This document shows positions 50,745 through 61,122 of a DNA stretch of 64,000 bases, in pieces (positions within the stretch are counted from its first letter, which is position 1; each line of letters opens with the position of its first letter). The position numbers and the translations under genes are program-made. This stretch comes from Phoronis australis (taxonomy: Eukaryota > Animalia > Phoronida), in assembly GCA_002633005.1 (NCBI GenBank), contig NMRA01000041.1, positions 354,954-418,953 on the forward strand, in the 5' to 3' direction. Under the pieces are notes generated by a model, which had not been told where the DNA came from, made no database searches, and worked only from the letters and a program-made list of their open reading frames with translations.

Positions 50745-51878
50745 TTTCAGCTTACAACACACTAAACAATCCCTAAATCCAACGCAGTTGAGTTCTCTAC
50801 TAACCTATCTTGCCGCAGAATACTCGCCGATGGAAAGTGGTGGCGACAATTGGTGAAAAATAGCACAAAACAAAAGTAGAATAGAACAGATTCGCACAGT
50901 AAGCTCAACGCAAAACCAAGTGGCGGGAAGCGCTTGCCTCCTAAAACGTCACTTCCGGAAAAGCGGACGAGTAATTAATAAAATTACGAAAAGCTGTAAT
51001 TAAGGGAAAAATATGTCTAGGATAACCAACCAACCTTATTTTAGCTCAAAACGACATGGAAAAAGGTTGCCTTCGCCTTTAATTTCAGGACACTGAACGC
51101 ATGAGAATGTGCGACTCATTATCATAAAGAAGTTTTCCGTACAAACCCCCAGTGCCGCAGATTATACCATACCGAATTGAAGTCATGCAGCAAGACAAGC
51201 TTTTGGCATCATGCTATACGACAGAGTCTCAGCCAGCGGCTAATGAGGTAGAACAGCAACAGCATACACACCGCAACTACAAGAGAAATTTCGCGAAGCA
51301 ATGTTATGAACTTTTGCTAAACTCAAAGGAAGTCATTACAACTAGATGCGTACTAAATGGCACAAAATTCATTAACTCATAACAGTATATGAATGCTGAA
51401 TAATACTGTACAATATTCTTTATGAGAACTAGTAACAACCAACTTAAGTGTTTACTTTAGTAAGAGCTTAAACACGGCAGGGCTTGCCTGTTAGTTTTTA
51501 CTCAAACTGTTTGTTCTAATCCAGATAATTTAGAAAACTCGTAACAGGTTTTTTGTGATTTTACCTTTATTTAAATCAAACAATACATGGTCGCATTACT
51601 CAGCTAATTAATACCACACAGAAAATATACAGACTAATATCAAACTCTATTGACTTTCAACAATTAAAAATATATCATTCCTAGAGTGTCTACTAGGTTG
51701 GAGTAATCTGCCTGTAAATATTTTGGCTAAATGCAGATACTAGTACAGTACTACAGCTGCAGGATTTGACTTACGAATGACATGATAACCTTGCTTAACA
51801 ACAACAAACATAATTCAGTTTTATTATAGCAAATGTAGGCTCATAATTGCAGTAGGACTATCACTTTAGTCGACTTAC

Positions 51879-52190
51879 CTGACCAAAAAACGGCGAAAGT
51901 CCTTCGTAAAGCCTTGCGCTGACTCTTCGTCAAAGTCAACGGATGGGATCCATCCTCCAAAAACTTCTTCACGTCACTCTCACTGTACTTGAGATCATGC
52001 ATCTTTGCAAAAAAACGTCTGGAATATTCGTGTTTGTAGCAGATAACGACTCAACTGTCTCACAGTAGCGTACAGAAGTGCCCTGGGAAGAAATTTCACG
52101 CTCTCAAGACCGGATGCTAACCTGGCCAATGTGCGCATGTGCAAAGTCGGATTGGGAAGAAATTTCAAGGGGAAGAAATTTCACGCGACA
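51879..52190 (-). mobile_element. Ginger1-like DNA transposon end with first coding exon (52002-51879)
   Basis: Minus strand CCGG|TGTCG terminus, three gggaagaaatttca repeats, FLEDGSHP...KSQRKALRR then gtaagt donor. Confidence 0.5.
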
Positions 52191-52534
52191 CCGGCATCGC
52201 GGCCGGACTGACTCGTTATCCCGGCCAGTGGTTCGGAAACCGATAAGGCCCATCGCGGCCGCCGGGACTGCCACGAACATAAACCAGCTTAAGTTGGGAA
52301 CTAAACCTCCAGTTACGAAAAGACTATAAGAGTAAATAAACCAAAGAAATAATGTGCAAGTAATTATGTGAATTAGCCACGAAACTCAAATTTACTTACT
52401 TGTCGGGGGCCGCGAAGTCGGGTTCCCCTTCCGGCACAGATCCGTCAGGACAAAGGTTGTACAGTAACAATGATTTGAATAATGTATTTGTATTTCTAAA
52501 TCAAGATAGCCCTAACATGTGACCATAGCATATA

Positions 52535-55500
52535 CAGGGCCGCAGGAAGGAAAAAAATATTGGGGGAGCACAAACCAATTTGACTTTGCCAACCACCCCT
52601 TGCTATCGTCACGCCCCCCCCCCCCCCCANCCGTAATTCTCTGGCTGTCACCATATTGTACCGAACCCCACCCCCACGTCCGCCGTAGGTGGGGGTAATA
52701 CCGGGGATGCAGCCATCAGGATTTGAGTAACCGTGAACCAACAAACCAACAAAGATTCACGGAGAGTGAGAATGCGTCTAGGCCCCGAGCGCTCTAACGG
52801 AGCTGTATGAAGTTATAGCTGGGTCGAAGGTCAAGGTTCCTTTTATTGTGATCCATTTTCAGGAAGATTTCATTTTATTATGGGGATTCTTTGAAGTCAT
52901 TTTTGAAAAGGTGAGGTCCCGAGGTGCCTGGTATGAGTGCCTTCGTGGCCCTTTCAGAATCTCTTGATGAAACACAGCCGGTAGCCCAGTTTCTGGTTGC
53001 TGGGGAAAATGATACAGACTTCAACGTCTGGGGTTCAAATTCACTTCCCGTGGGTAACTGATATTCAAAGCAGGCCTATTGCATGGTTACACCTTATTTT
53101 TAACGTGGGTGTGCCTGTCATGACGTCCTCCCTGCATGCGCGCACCTGGGGGGCTCGATGGCAATGTGGGCAAAAAAGTCCTCAGAGAAACAAAATATCC
53201 GAGAAAAACGACACAAAAGTCCACTTAAAAGGTAGGATACGGCGTATGCACAATTCCTAGCCCTGAATGAACCCCGTATTCGTTTTTTTTTTAGTAAAAG
53301 GTCCTTATTCTCAAAAATTCGAGCCCCCTTAATTTTAGGCTGGATGCGCGAATGCCCTGTGTGTAGTATGCACGGGAAATGCAAGCAAACGGTTCAGTTT
53401 TAAAGAACAAAAATTCATTGCGCAGTACTACTGGAATCCAAAAACATCGAGGAAGTTCAAATACAACCTTTCCAAGATGATGACCAATAAGTTTGATTTT
53501 ATTTATTTATGTACCTAAACTCCGTTTTTCATTTACGGTCTGTAAACTTAAAACCAGTAATCTAGTTCATAAGCCAATAAACAATTTATTGTCATTTGAA
53601 TTGTGAGAACATTTTAGGACACATTGTTGAGTTTGAGTTGTCCGAAATTCATCAATTTCCTTAAGACTTATTTCACATAGACAGAAATCGTTTAGTATAT
53701 TTTTATATTTGGGGGTCTGAAGATAGGTCGAATTTCCCAATGTCGGCCTGCAATGAAATGCATTGAAGTATTGTCATTTTTTACGAGATTAGCTTTTAAT
53801 TGTCAAAAAAACATCTCTCAATCAGTCCACTTTTCGTAGATACATAAACATGTAAATCAGAAACCAACAATAAAATCCATGAGCAATGCGTTTACCTTGA
53901 TTTAATCCCCTGTTAGTGACCTTAAACAACAAATCTTGTACCGAAGTCAAAAAGCAATGCATTTATTGTCATTTGAATTTTGAGTATTTTTTGGATAGTG
54001 TCCAGATTTCACCAATATTTTTGAGAGTTATTTTAGATAGGCAAAAAGCGTCCAAGTGCATTTTACTATTTGTGGATCGGATTATATTTTTTCCATATTC
54101 AGACTTCAACTTAATTCCCCGAATCGTCATCATTTCTTAAAAGATTAGCTTCTAATTGCCAAAAATCACCTATTAGCTGTCGATTTTCGTAGATACATAA
54201 ACATGTTTATCAGAAACCAACGAAATTGTTAATCAAAACGGAATGTTATAAGTAATTTCCGCATGCATGGTCGTACACATTTGACGGGTAACCGGGGGAA
54301 TATGGGTATTGGGCATTTATAGTGAGGTGTATTTTTGCTCTTTCCGAGGTATCTATAACGATTCACGAATTTAACTTGATCTCAAAAAAACGCTGAAATA
54401 TTTGTTTAATTTGTTTATTGTTGCCAATATTTGGGAACACTCGTTCGACATGTACACGGTCACGCCAATGGTAGCCTCGACAGCAGTGTTTTCAACATGT
54501 GGGATCGGAATTCCTTACAAACAACTCATAGTAACCATCTTCAAAAGAGATACTATTCTTGTGATAATATGGGAAACAGTAACATTATTTATAAATAATT
54601 TTTGCAAATAGTACTTTTGTGTAATTAGCAAACAACGGTCTTCACGTTCTTTAAAATTTCCGACTCCCTTACGATGTCGGTCAATCCTATTGTATTTTTT
54701 CAAATTTTTTGGTTGTTCGGGTCGAATGTCTTGATACTGCTGTGCTGTGCTGTGCATGAATGTTTTGCGTTTTTTATGAATTTCGAATCACAGCTTCCTT
54801 CGTGAATATTTGGCAGTGTCGGACTAACATGTAAAGAGGGACAAAGGGACATTTCTCCGAACTGGTCCACCGAGAGAGGGTCCCGTCTGAAATGGCACAC
54901 CTTAATAATGAAAAGCTAAACATCATCAAGCTTGGATAGAGTGACAGTTCATTCCAGCGTCGTGTGGTCAGACGACGGTGCAGGAAGTGACCTTCTTCAA
55001 CATGAAAGTTGGTTGCACGATTTCACAAAAACAGGAAAATAGACGTAATCGAATCCAACATTGGGTCCTCTCTCCGTGAGCTTACCCTTAAGAATTTGTC
55101 AATAGAAACATAAAAACTGTGTTCACTTGAATTTCATCAATGGCCACTCAATGTGAAAATATCTATATTTTCAAAAATTCAGTAAATGTGCAGCGAAAGT
55201 GGTGATATCTGTCAGGTCATCAATTTTTCTGAAGTGATATACAATTCGAGAAAATAGCGGCAGTCGTCTCCGTTATCCTTTGCCAGAGGGGGGCGTCTGG
55301 AAAAATATGGTTTTGCAGTAGTAAAGTTGACATACTGAATTTAAAAATCAAGTAAATTAATACGCTCCGCAAAAGCTTCGCTTTACATTTTTTCGATTTT
55401 TCGAAATGTGTGTATGAATGATTACGTGCACGTTTCCAAGTGCGTTTATACGACCTGTGCTGTGAAAGCGGAGACCCCAACAACAATGTTATGGCCAGGG

Positions 55501-55697
55501 TCCTCAGAGGGTAAATCATGCACTGATACAGAGTTGTAAAATGTCCTCTTGAGTTTTCTCTCTTATCCGTATTTAGCAGTCTTTCTTTTCTTGACTGTCC
55601 CCGCCCCACGCGTCGGTTGCCACGGTTTAACGCTGACGCCTCAATTTTTTTTTAGGGGGGGGTCCGTGCCCCCTCGGTCCCCCGCTTGCTACTGCCC
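52535..55697. mobile_element. Composite insertion with imperfect CAGGGC-type termini
   Basis: Interrupts Kolobok copy 3; starts cagggccgcaggaag, ends cttgctactgccc. Confidence 0.45.
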
Positions 55698-56413
55698 ACA
55701 ACAGCTTTCTGTCAGCCAACACTGAATTAGCATGCGCTCACACGGCCTCGGTGCCCGGTCAATTACCTGTGTTGTGCCGGCGTCAAAAGCCGGTAACAGA
55801 GTGGTTAATTCATTGCTGGCTTCTCAAAACATTTGCACTCACGAGAGCACTCCAATGCAATACAAATTGTATCTAATGAGACAGACTTTGTTTCAGTTTC
55901 ATATAAGCATTGGTTAGGATGAGAGTTATTCATTTTGAAACAGAACGCACAATAATAAACGTCTACGGCGCCAATCCAGACTTAGTCGAGAGCTCATCCG
56001 ACGAATGAAGACTTCACCGGTCGGATGGTTGGGTTTCACAGGATATCAGTTCGAACCAGAATACACTGATCAAGAAAGACTAGAAAGGAGCTGTGAACAT
56101 GCACAGGCAACGGAACGTATGGATAGTTCTTTGGTAAGTCGGAATTCGTTTAAGAAATCGCTGTCAACGAAATGCCGGCAACAGACACAGAGATGTTTGA
56201 CGGCCTCATACTTGCTATTAACAGCGTACCTTTTATTCTTCACTACAGCGAGCCACTTCCTAAGCATTTCAGGCTCTCGAGGAAGTCGAAAAATCGATAT
56301 ACCCGCTTTTTTCGCATCTTAATTGTTCGGAAAAGCGGGAACAATGCACCGCAATACAGCGGCATTCACTCTGAAGAGGAACCACTGACGTCGCTGCGTC
56401 GTTTCTCACCTTC

Positions 56414-56480
56414 CTAGCTGTTTGGACAACATTTTCTGGCAGAGATGACTCCAGAGGGTAGGAGTTGTGGTCAGGTAAAC
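56414..56480 (-). pseudogene. FMO pseudogene exon 5 fragment, truncated
   Basis: VYL, frameshift, HNSYPLESSLPENVVQ, then abrupt switch to Kolobok sequence. Confidence 0.65.
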
Positions 56481-57541
56481 TTGGATAACAAAGAAAATAC
56501 TTGACTTAAACGTACCCTAAGTAACATAAAAACGTTTTGATAACTGAGTAAACCTCATCAAAGTTTGAAAATGGACAGGATCTTTAAGGTATAATACAAC
56601 GCTTGCCTCAAATACAAGCTCATGCATATGCATCAGATACAGCGCAGCCTCAACGGGATGATCAGTATTTTAAACGTTCCCTCTGAAAGGGCAATACAAT
56701 TAGATCACAATAACTGCTTGAGTTAGTTGTTATTAAATCACACAAAAGGTAACACTTTATAGAAGATATTGCTAATCAACACTAGCGCTGGTTCCAGAGA
56801 CGAACCAAAATACACTCACACTTCAGTGCACCACCAGGAGCGCAAATTAAATTTCCATGGAAAAGATTCTGCGCCCGGGCTTCCTGTATGCTATAAAAGT
56901 AAATGCGTGAGCCACAAGCATGACAAATTCTAACAATCTAATTTGAAGAACGAAAATTTATCACGCAATGCTACTGGTAAGGAAGCGTGCATATATCTGG
57001 TCATGCAATTTACTATTAATCTTCTTCCCAAGTTTATAAACAATTCATTTACTTGATTTAAATATTTCACTCCCTATTTACCACCTCTTTATGAATTTCA
57101 ATTTACAATGCGGTTAATGCCGTACGAAGTGTTATTACATTTTGGGAAACCCTGTATTATCACCTATGCAAATACCTTTTATATTATTAATCCCGTCAGA
57201 CATTATATCATTCCTTTTATTATCCATTTTAAAATCAATAGCAGTGTAGTAGAAAAGTTCAGTGCAATAATTTACAATGTTGAGACTTGATTGTAAGCTT
57301 AAAGATGTTCCTGGTTCACATTTTATATAATACAGCTTTTTAATTAATTAAATATATTAACCATTGTAAATTACTGACATACAAAAAGCACAAATAGTGT
57401 TGCCGTAACATTACCTTAGTGTGGTCTGTGTGGATTGACTTTCACCATGCACATACGCGCGCGCAGGCACGCACACACACACGCACACGCACACTCACAT
57501 ATGTGTAAGCAAATTTACCCAGAAGATAAGAACCTACATAC

Positions 57542-57707
57542 CTTAGATGCAACTTCGGATACTTCCAGGGTTTGCCAATGCCTGAAGGCCCAGCTCCCAG
57601 CACAACTACCCTCTTGTCAGGGTGCCGGTAGCAGTGACTATGCACGACGTGACCTCTGAGTAAAACCAAGGTTCCGTAGGTCAGGATAATGTGGCGTAGC
57701 AAAATGA
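57542..57707 (-). pseudogene. FMO pseudogene exon 4 (FMO-identifying and NADPH motifs)
   Basis: HFATPHYP, frameshift, GHVVHSHCYRHP-KRVVVLGAGPSGI, frameshift, LEVSEVASK. Confidence 0.88.
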
Positions 57708-58233
57708 CTGGAAATGATGTATGGAAACATTAGTTATGATACTATCATAATGAATCGTGATCACTAATGAATAAAGTATTGTGTGTTGTGGTGCAACTGT
57801 CTTTAGCTTCTTACAAAAATTACAGAATAGATATTCGGTAACAATATAGGATCTTCTAATGTCTTATCATAACCAGGGCTTACACATTATGGTTAGTAGT
57901 AAGTGCATATCAAGTTTCAATCTAGCAGCTCCATCTTGTGCGCAGAGTAAGGTGCAATCCAGACCAACTTTATAAAGCAGTGAATTCAAATGTTATACTT
58001 GTTTCGAAAAAAAAGTAATGAAGGTGAGTGCATTGGGACTGTTATGGTTTTTGTGTTAATTAAGGCAGTACAAAACTTTAGATGAACACTATACGCTCTT
58101 TTCCCTAACTGAAAGTCATATTCCAAAACAGTGTCAATCAAGGTTGATATTTAGATGCAACATTGGTTCAGAAATAATTTCAAAACCATAATCAGCATAA
58201 ACTTCACTAATGCTAACGACACTTTATACCCAC

Positions 58234-58373
58234 CCATTACAGACCGTGATCGCATCAAACTCTTGACATCTCGAAGGTATTCCAGGCTCCTTTATCAGTT
58301 TTGTTGTCACGTCCCACAGTGTTGATCCATTTGGTGAAACTCTGAGATTTACCTGATGCACTTGAGCACAAAA
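58234..58373 (-). pseudogene. FMO pseudogene exon 3
   Basis: FCAQVHQV...WDVT...EFDAITVCNG; ttgtag / gtgggt. Confidence 0.85.
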
Positions 58374-58729
58374 CTACAATAAGGCAAGCAGTTAAGTGTA
58401 AGAACTCAAGAGAAAGCAACTTATTTCTCATTGGGTTTAACATAAAGCAAAGGTTTTTGTCCCCTTTCTGCTTAGACGAGGAACATGCCATAACAAAGCT
58501 TAAAGCCGAATTTAAACATTTCACTGATGACATTAGTTTAGTGTTCATTTAGAACTGAAGTCCTCACATTTTGGAGAAGCTGACCAGTCATGTGTTTACT
58601 CGTAAGCACGACTTTGTTGGCAACCAAAATTAAGTCTTGGATCAAAAGACAAAAGTATAGACTAAATTAGAAGGTCAACTTTTCAAAGTTCTTTTTTCCA
58701 ATTTTTAAGGTACCTGTAATGAAACACAC

Positions 58730-58868
58730 CTGAATGTATTCCATAAGTGAGTAATGTGAAGTGTAGTCCTCCAAGTACTTCAATACATCTTTATGACCAA
58801 CAAACGATGGCAGGCTCTTGTCAAATGGAAAGTCTGGAAAGGCCATAACTTCCTTGGGAAGATTTGTT
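58730..58868 (-). pseudogene. FMO pseudogene exon 2
   Basis: TNLPKEVMAFPDFPFDKSLPSFVGHKDVLKYLEDY; acceptor reads GG instead of AG. Confidence 0.9.
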
Positions 58869-58974
58869 CCATAATTTGCAAACTAATAAAAGAACACAAC
58901 ACTAACGACATCAGGAAAGCTTCTTGGTGTAACAGTTCTCCACAAACACCAACTTACCGAATCACAAACTTTAA

Positions 58975-60802
58975 AGGAAAATGCCACGCGATTCAATAAG
59001 TCTTTTTTACCGTCTTAATTGGTCTATATCCTAATCGCCTCTTATACGGTTGACCTCACCTTGCTGAGAGGTGTCGCGTTAACCTGTGAGGAAGGTGAGA
59101 AACGACGCAACGACGTCAGTGGTTCGTCTGCAGAGTGAATGCTGCTATATTGCTGTGTATCGTTCCGCTTGTCCGAACTATGTAGCTGCAAAGAAAGCGG
59201 GTATATCGTTCTTTTTTTCGACTTCCTCGAGAGCCCGAAATGCTTAGGAAGTGGCTCGGGGTAGTGAAGAATGAAAGATTAGCTGTTAATAGCAAGTATG
59301 AGGCCATGAAACATTTCCGTGTCTGTGCCGGGCTGGCATTTCGTCCACAGGGATTTATCCGACGAATTCCGCCTTGCCAAAGAACTATCCATACGTTCCG
59401 TTGCCTGTGCATGTTCACGGCGCCTCTCTAGTATTTCTTCATCAGTGTATTCCGGTTCGAACTGAAAGCCTTTGAAACCTAACGATCCGACCCTTGAAGT
59501 CTTCGTCGGACGAGCTCTTGACTATATCGTGATTGGCGCCGGGCGAGTTGCCATGTAGACGTTTGCTATTCTGCGTTCTGTTTCATAATGAATTATTCTC
59601 ATCCTAACCAATGCTTATATGAAACTGAAACAAAGTCTGTCTCAGTAGATACAATTTGTGATGCCTTGGAGTGCTCGTTAGTGTAAATGTTTTGAGAAGC
59701 CAGCAATGAATAAACCACTGCGTTACCGGCTTTTGATGCCGGCAACAAAGGTAATTGACAGATTACCGAGACCGTGTGAGCGCATGCTAATTAAGTGTTT
59801 GCTGACAAAAAGCTGTTGTGAAACAATTACTCGATTTTATATGCTATGGTCACATGTTAGGGGAATCTTTATTTAGAAATACAAATATATTATTCAAATC
59901 ATTGTTACTGTACAACCTTTGCCCTGGCGGTCTGCGGAAGGGGAATTTTGCGGCCCTCAACAAGTAAGTACATTTTCAGTTTCATGGCTAAATCACATAA
60001 ATAACTACGTGCACGTCGCTTCTTTGGCTTACTATTATAGTGACTGGAGGTTTAGTCTTGACGGTCTGTGGAAGAGGAACCCGACTTCGAGGCTCCCGAC
60101 AAGTAAGTAGATTTTAAGTTTCGTGGCTAATTCACATAAATAATTACCTGCGCATTATTTCTTTGGCTCAGTATTATAGTCTGTTCGTGACTGGAGGCTA
60201 AGTTTCCAACTCAAACTGGTTTATGTTCGTACCAGTCCCGGCGGCCGCGACGTGGCTGAGCGCTGGCGTTTCGAGCCACTGGCCGAGATAACGAGTCAGG
60301 CCCGCAGCAACGGGCCTGATCGGGTTTCGAACTCAAAAAATCACAAGTAAAAACAAAACAGAACAAGGTTCTCCTGTCTGTATTTCACGGAAGAATACTT
60401 CGAATTTATCTCCGAAGAGACCCCAAACTCCTGCTACCGACCTTGCTATATTGGCCTGCCGAACTTTGTAGGCTGCGGTGTGTTTAAATACCACTAAATC
60501 CGTAACAGCGAAATAAAACAACAGACTTTCATAAGAATTTTGTGTATTTGTAAGGGTTTTGCATCGAAGTTTGATGATTTATTGGTGTTAAACGATGAAT
60601 TCCAACAATAAGCTGACACCACTAACCCGTATTGTGAACTGCTGAACAGACAGCGTGTGAAACCAATTACGTCATTGGATATAATTTCGACACCTCCGTC
60701 TGCCGTCAAATGTCAGGTAACGCAACCGAACGTGCCGTTATCGAGTAGAACTACTTGATCTAAACTGATTCGAAATAGGTTGTTTTTGGGTGGTTTTCTC
60801 CT
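58975..60802 (-). mobile_element. Kolobok-like family A copy 2 (inverted), in FMO pseudogene intron 1
   Basis: TTAA at 58971-58974 and 60803-60806; TIRs aggaaaatgcca / tggttttctcct; THAP remnant on + at ~59140-59390. Confidence 0.85.
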
Positions 60803-60915
60803 TTAATGTCAAGTAGGATGGACGATAGAGATAGCTCCAGCTAGGAAATGGTTTCTCATTTTGTACTAAATACATCGTAACCAGCAAGTTTTAGCCTAAC
60901 AAGAAAAAGTCATTT

Positions 60916-61122
60916 CTCAAGTTCTTGTAAATGATCAAGTGTATCGGCACGCCGTATTCACCAGAACCGGTCTTGTCCTTGTAGACCCAGGTTCCACCGA
61001 CACAGCCTGTTTGCTCGAAAGCGACTAATTCAAAAGCGTGTGGTCTTGCCGGTAGATGACGTAGAGCTCAGTGCCAAACCAGCATCGCCCCTGCCTACGA
61101 CTGCTACGCGGATACGCTGCAT
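60916..61122 (-). pseudogene. FMO pseudogene exon 1 (FAD-binding region)
   Basis: MQRIRVAVVGRGDAGL, frameshift, ALRHL...FEQTGCVGGTWVY...PIHLIIYKNLR; donor GT absent. Confidence 0.85.

Larger units (their letters stand above)
50088..51078. mobile_element. Kolobok-like family B mini-element, 991 bp with ~158 bp TIRs
   Basis: TTAA at 50084-50087 and 51079-51082; near-perfect TIRs 50088-50245 / 50921-51078 starting AGGCGAAGG. Confidence 0.88.
48363..56414 (+). mobile_element. Kolobok-like family A copy 3, split into three pieces (48363-~48858, ~52195-52534, ~55698-56414), right end missing
   Basis: TTAA-aagagaatgcca start; pieces collinear with copies 1 and 2. Confidence 0.8.

Noticed and set aside
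58380-58548. 97 aa ORF as an FMO exon
   Set aside because: The FMO-like reading is in another frame starting at 58373; the upstream part is intron
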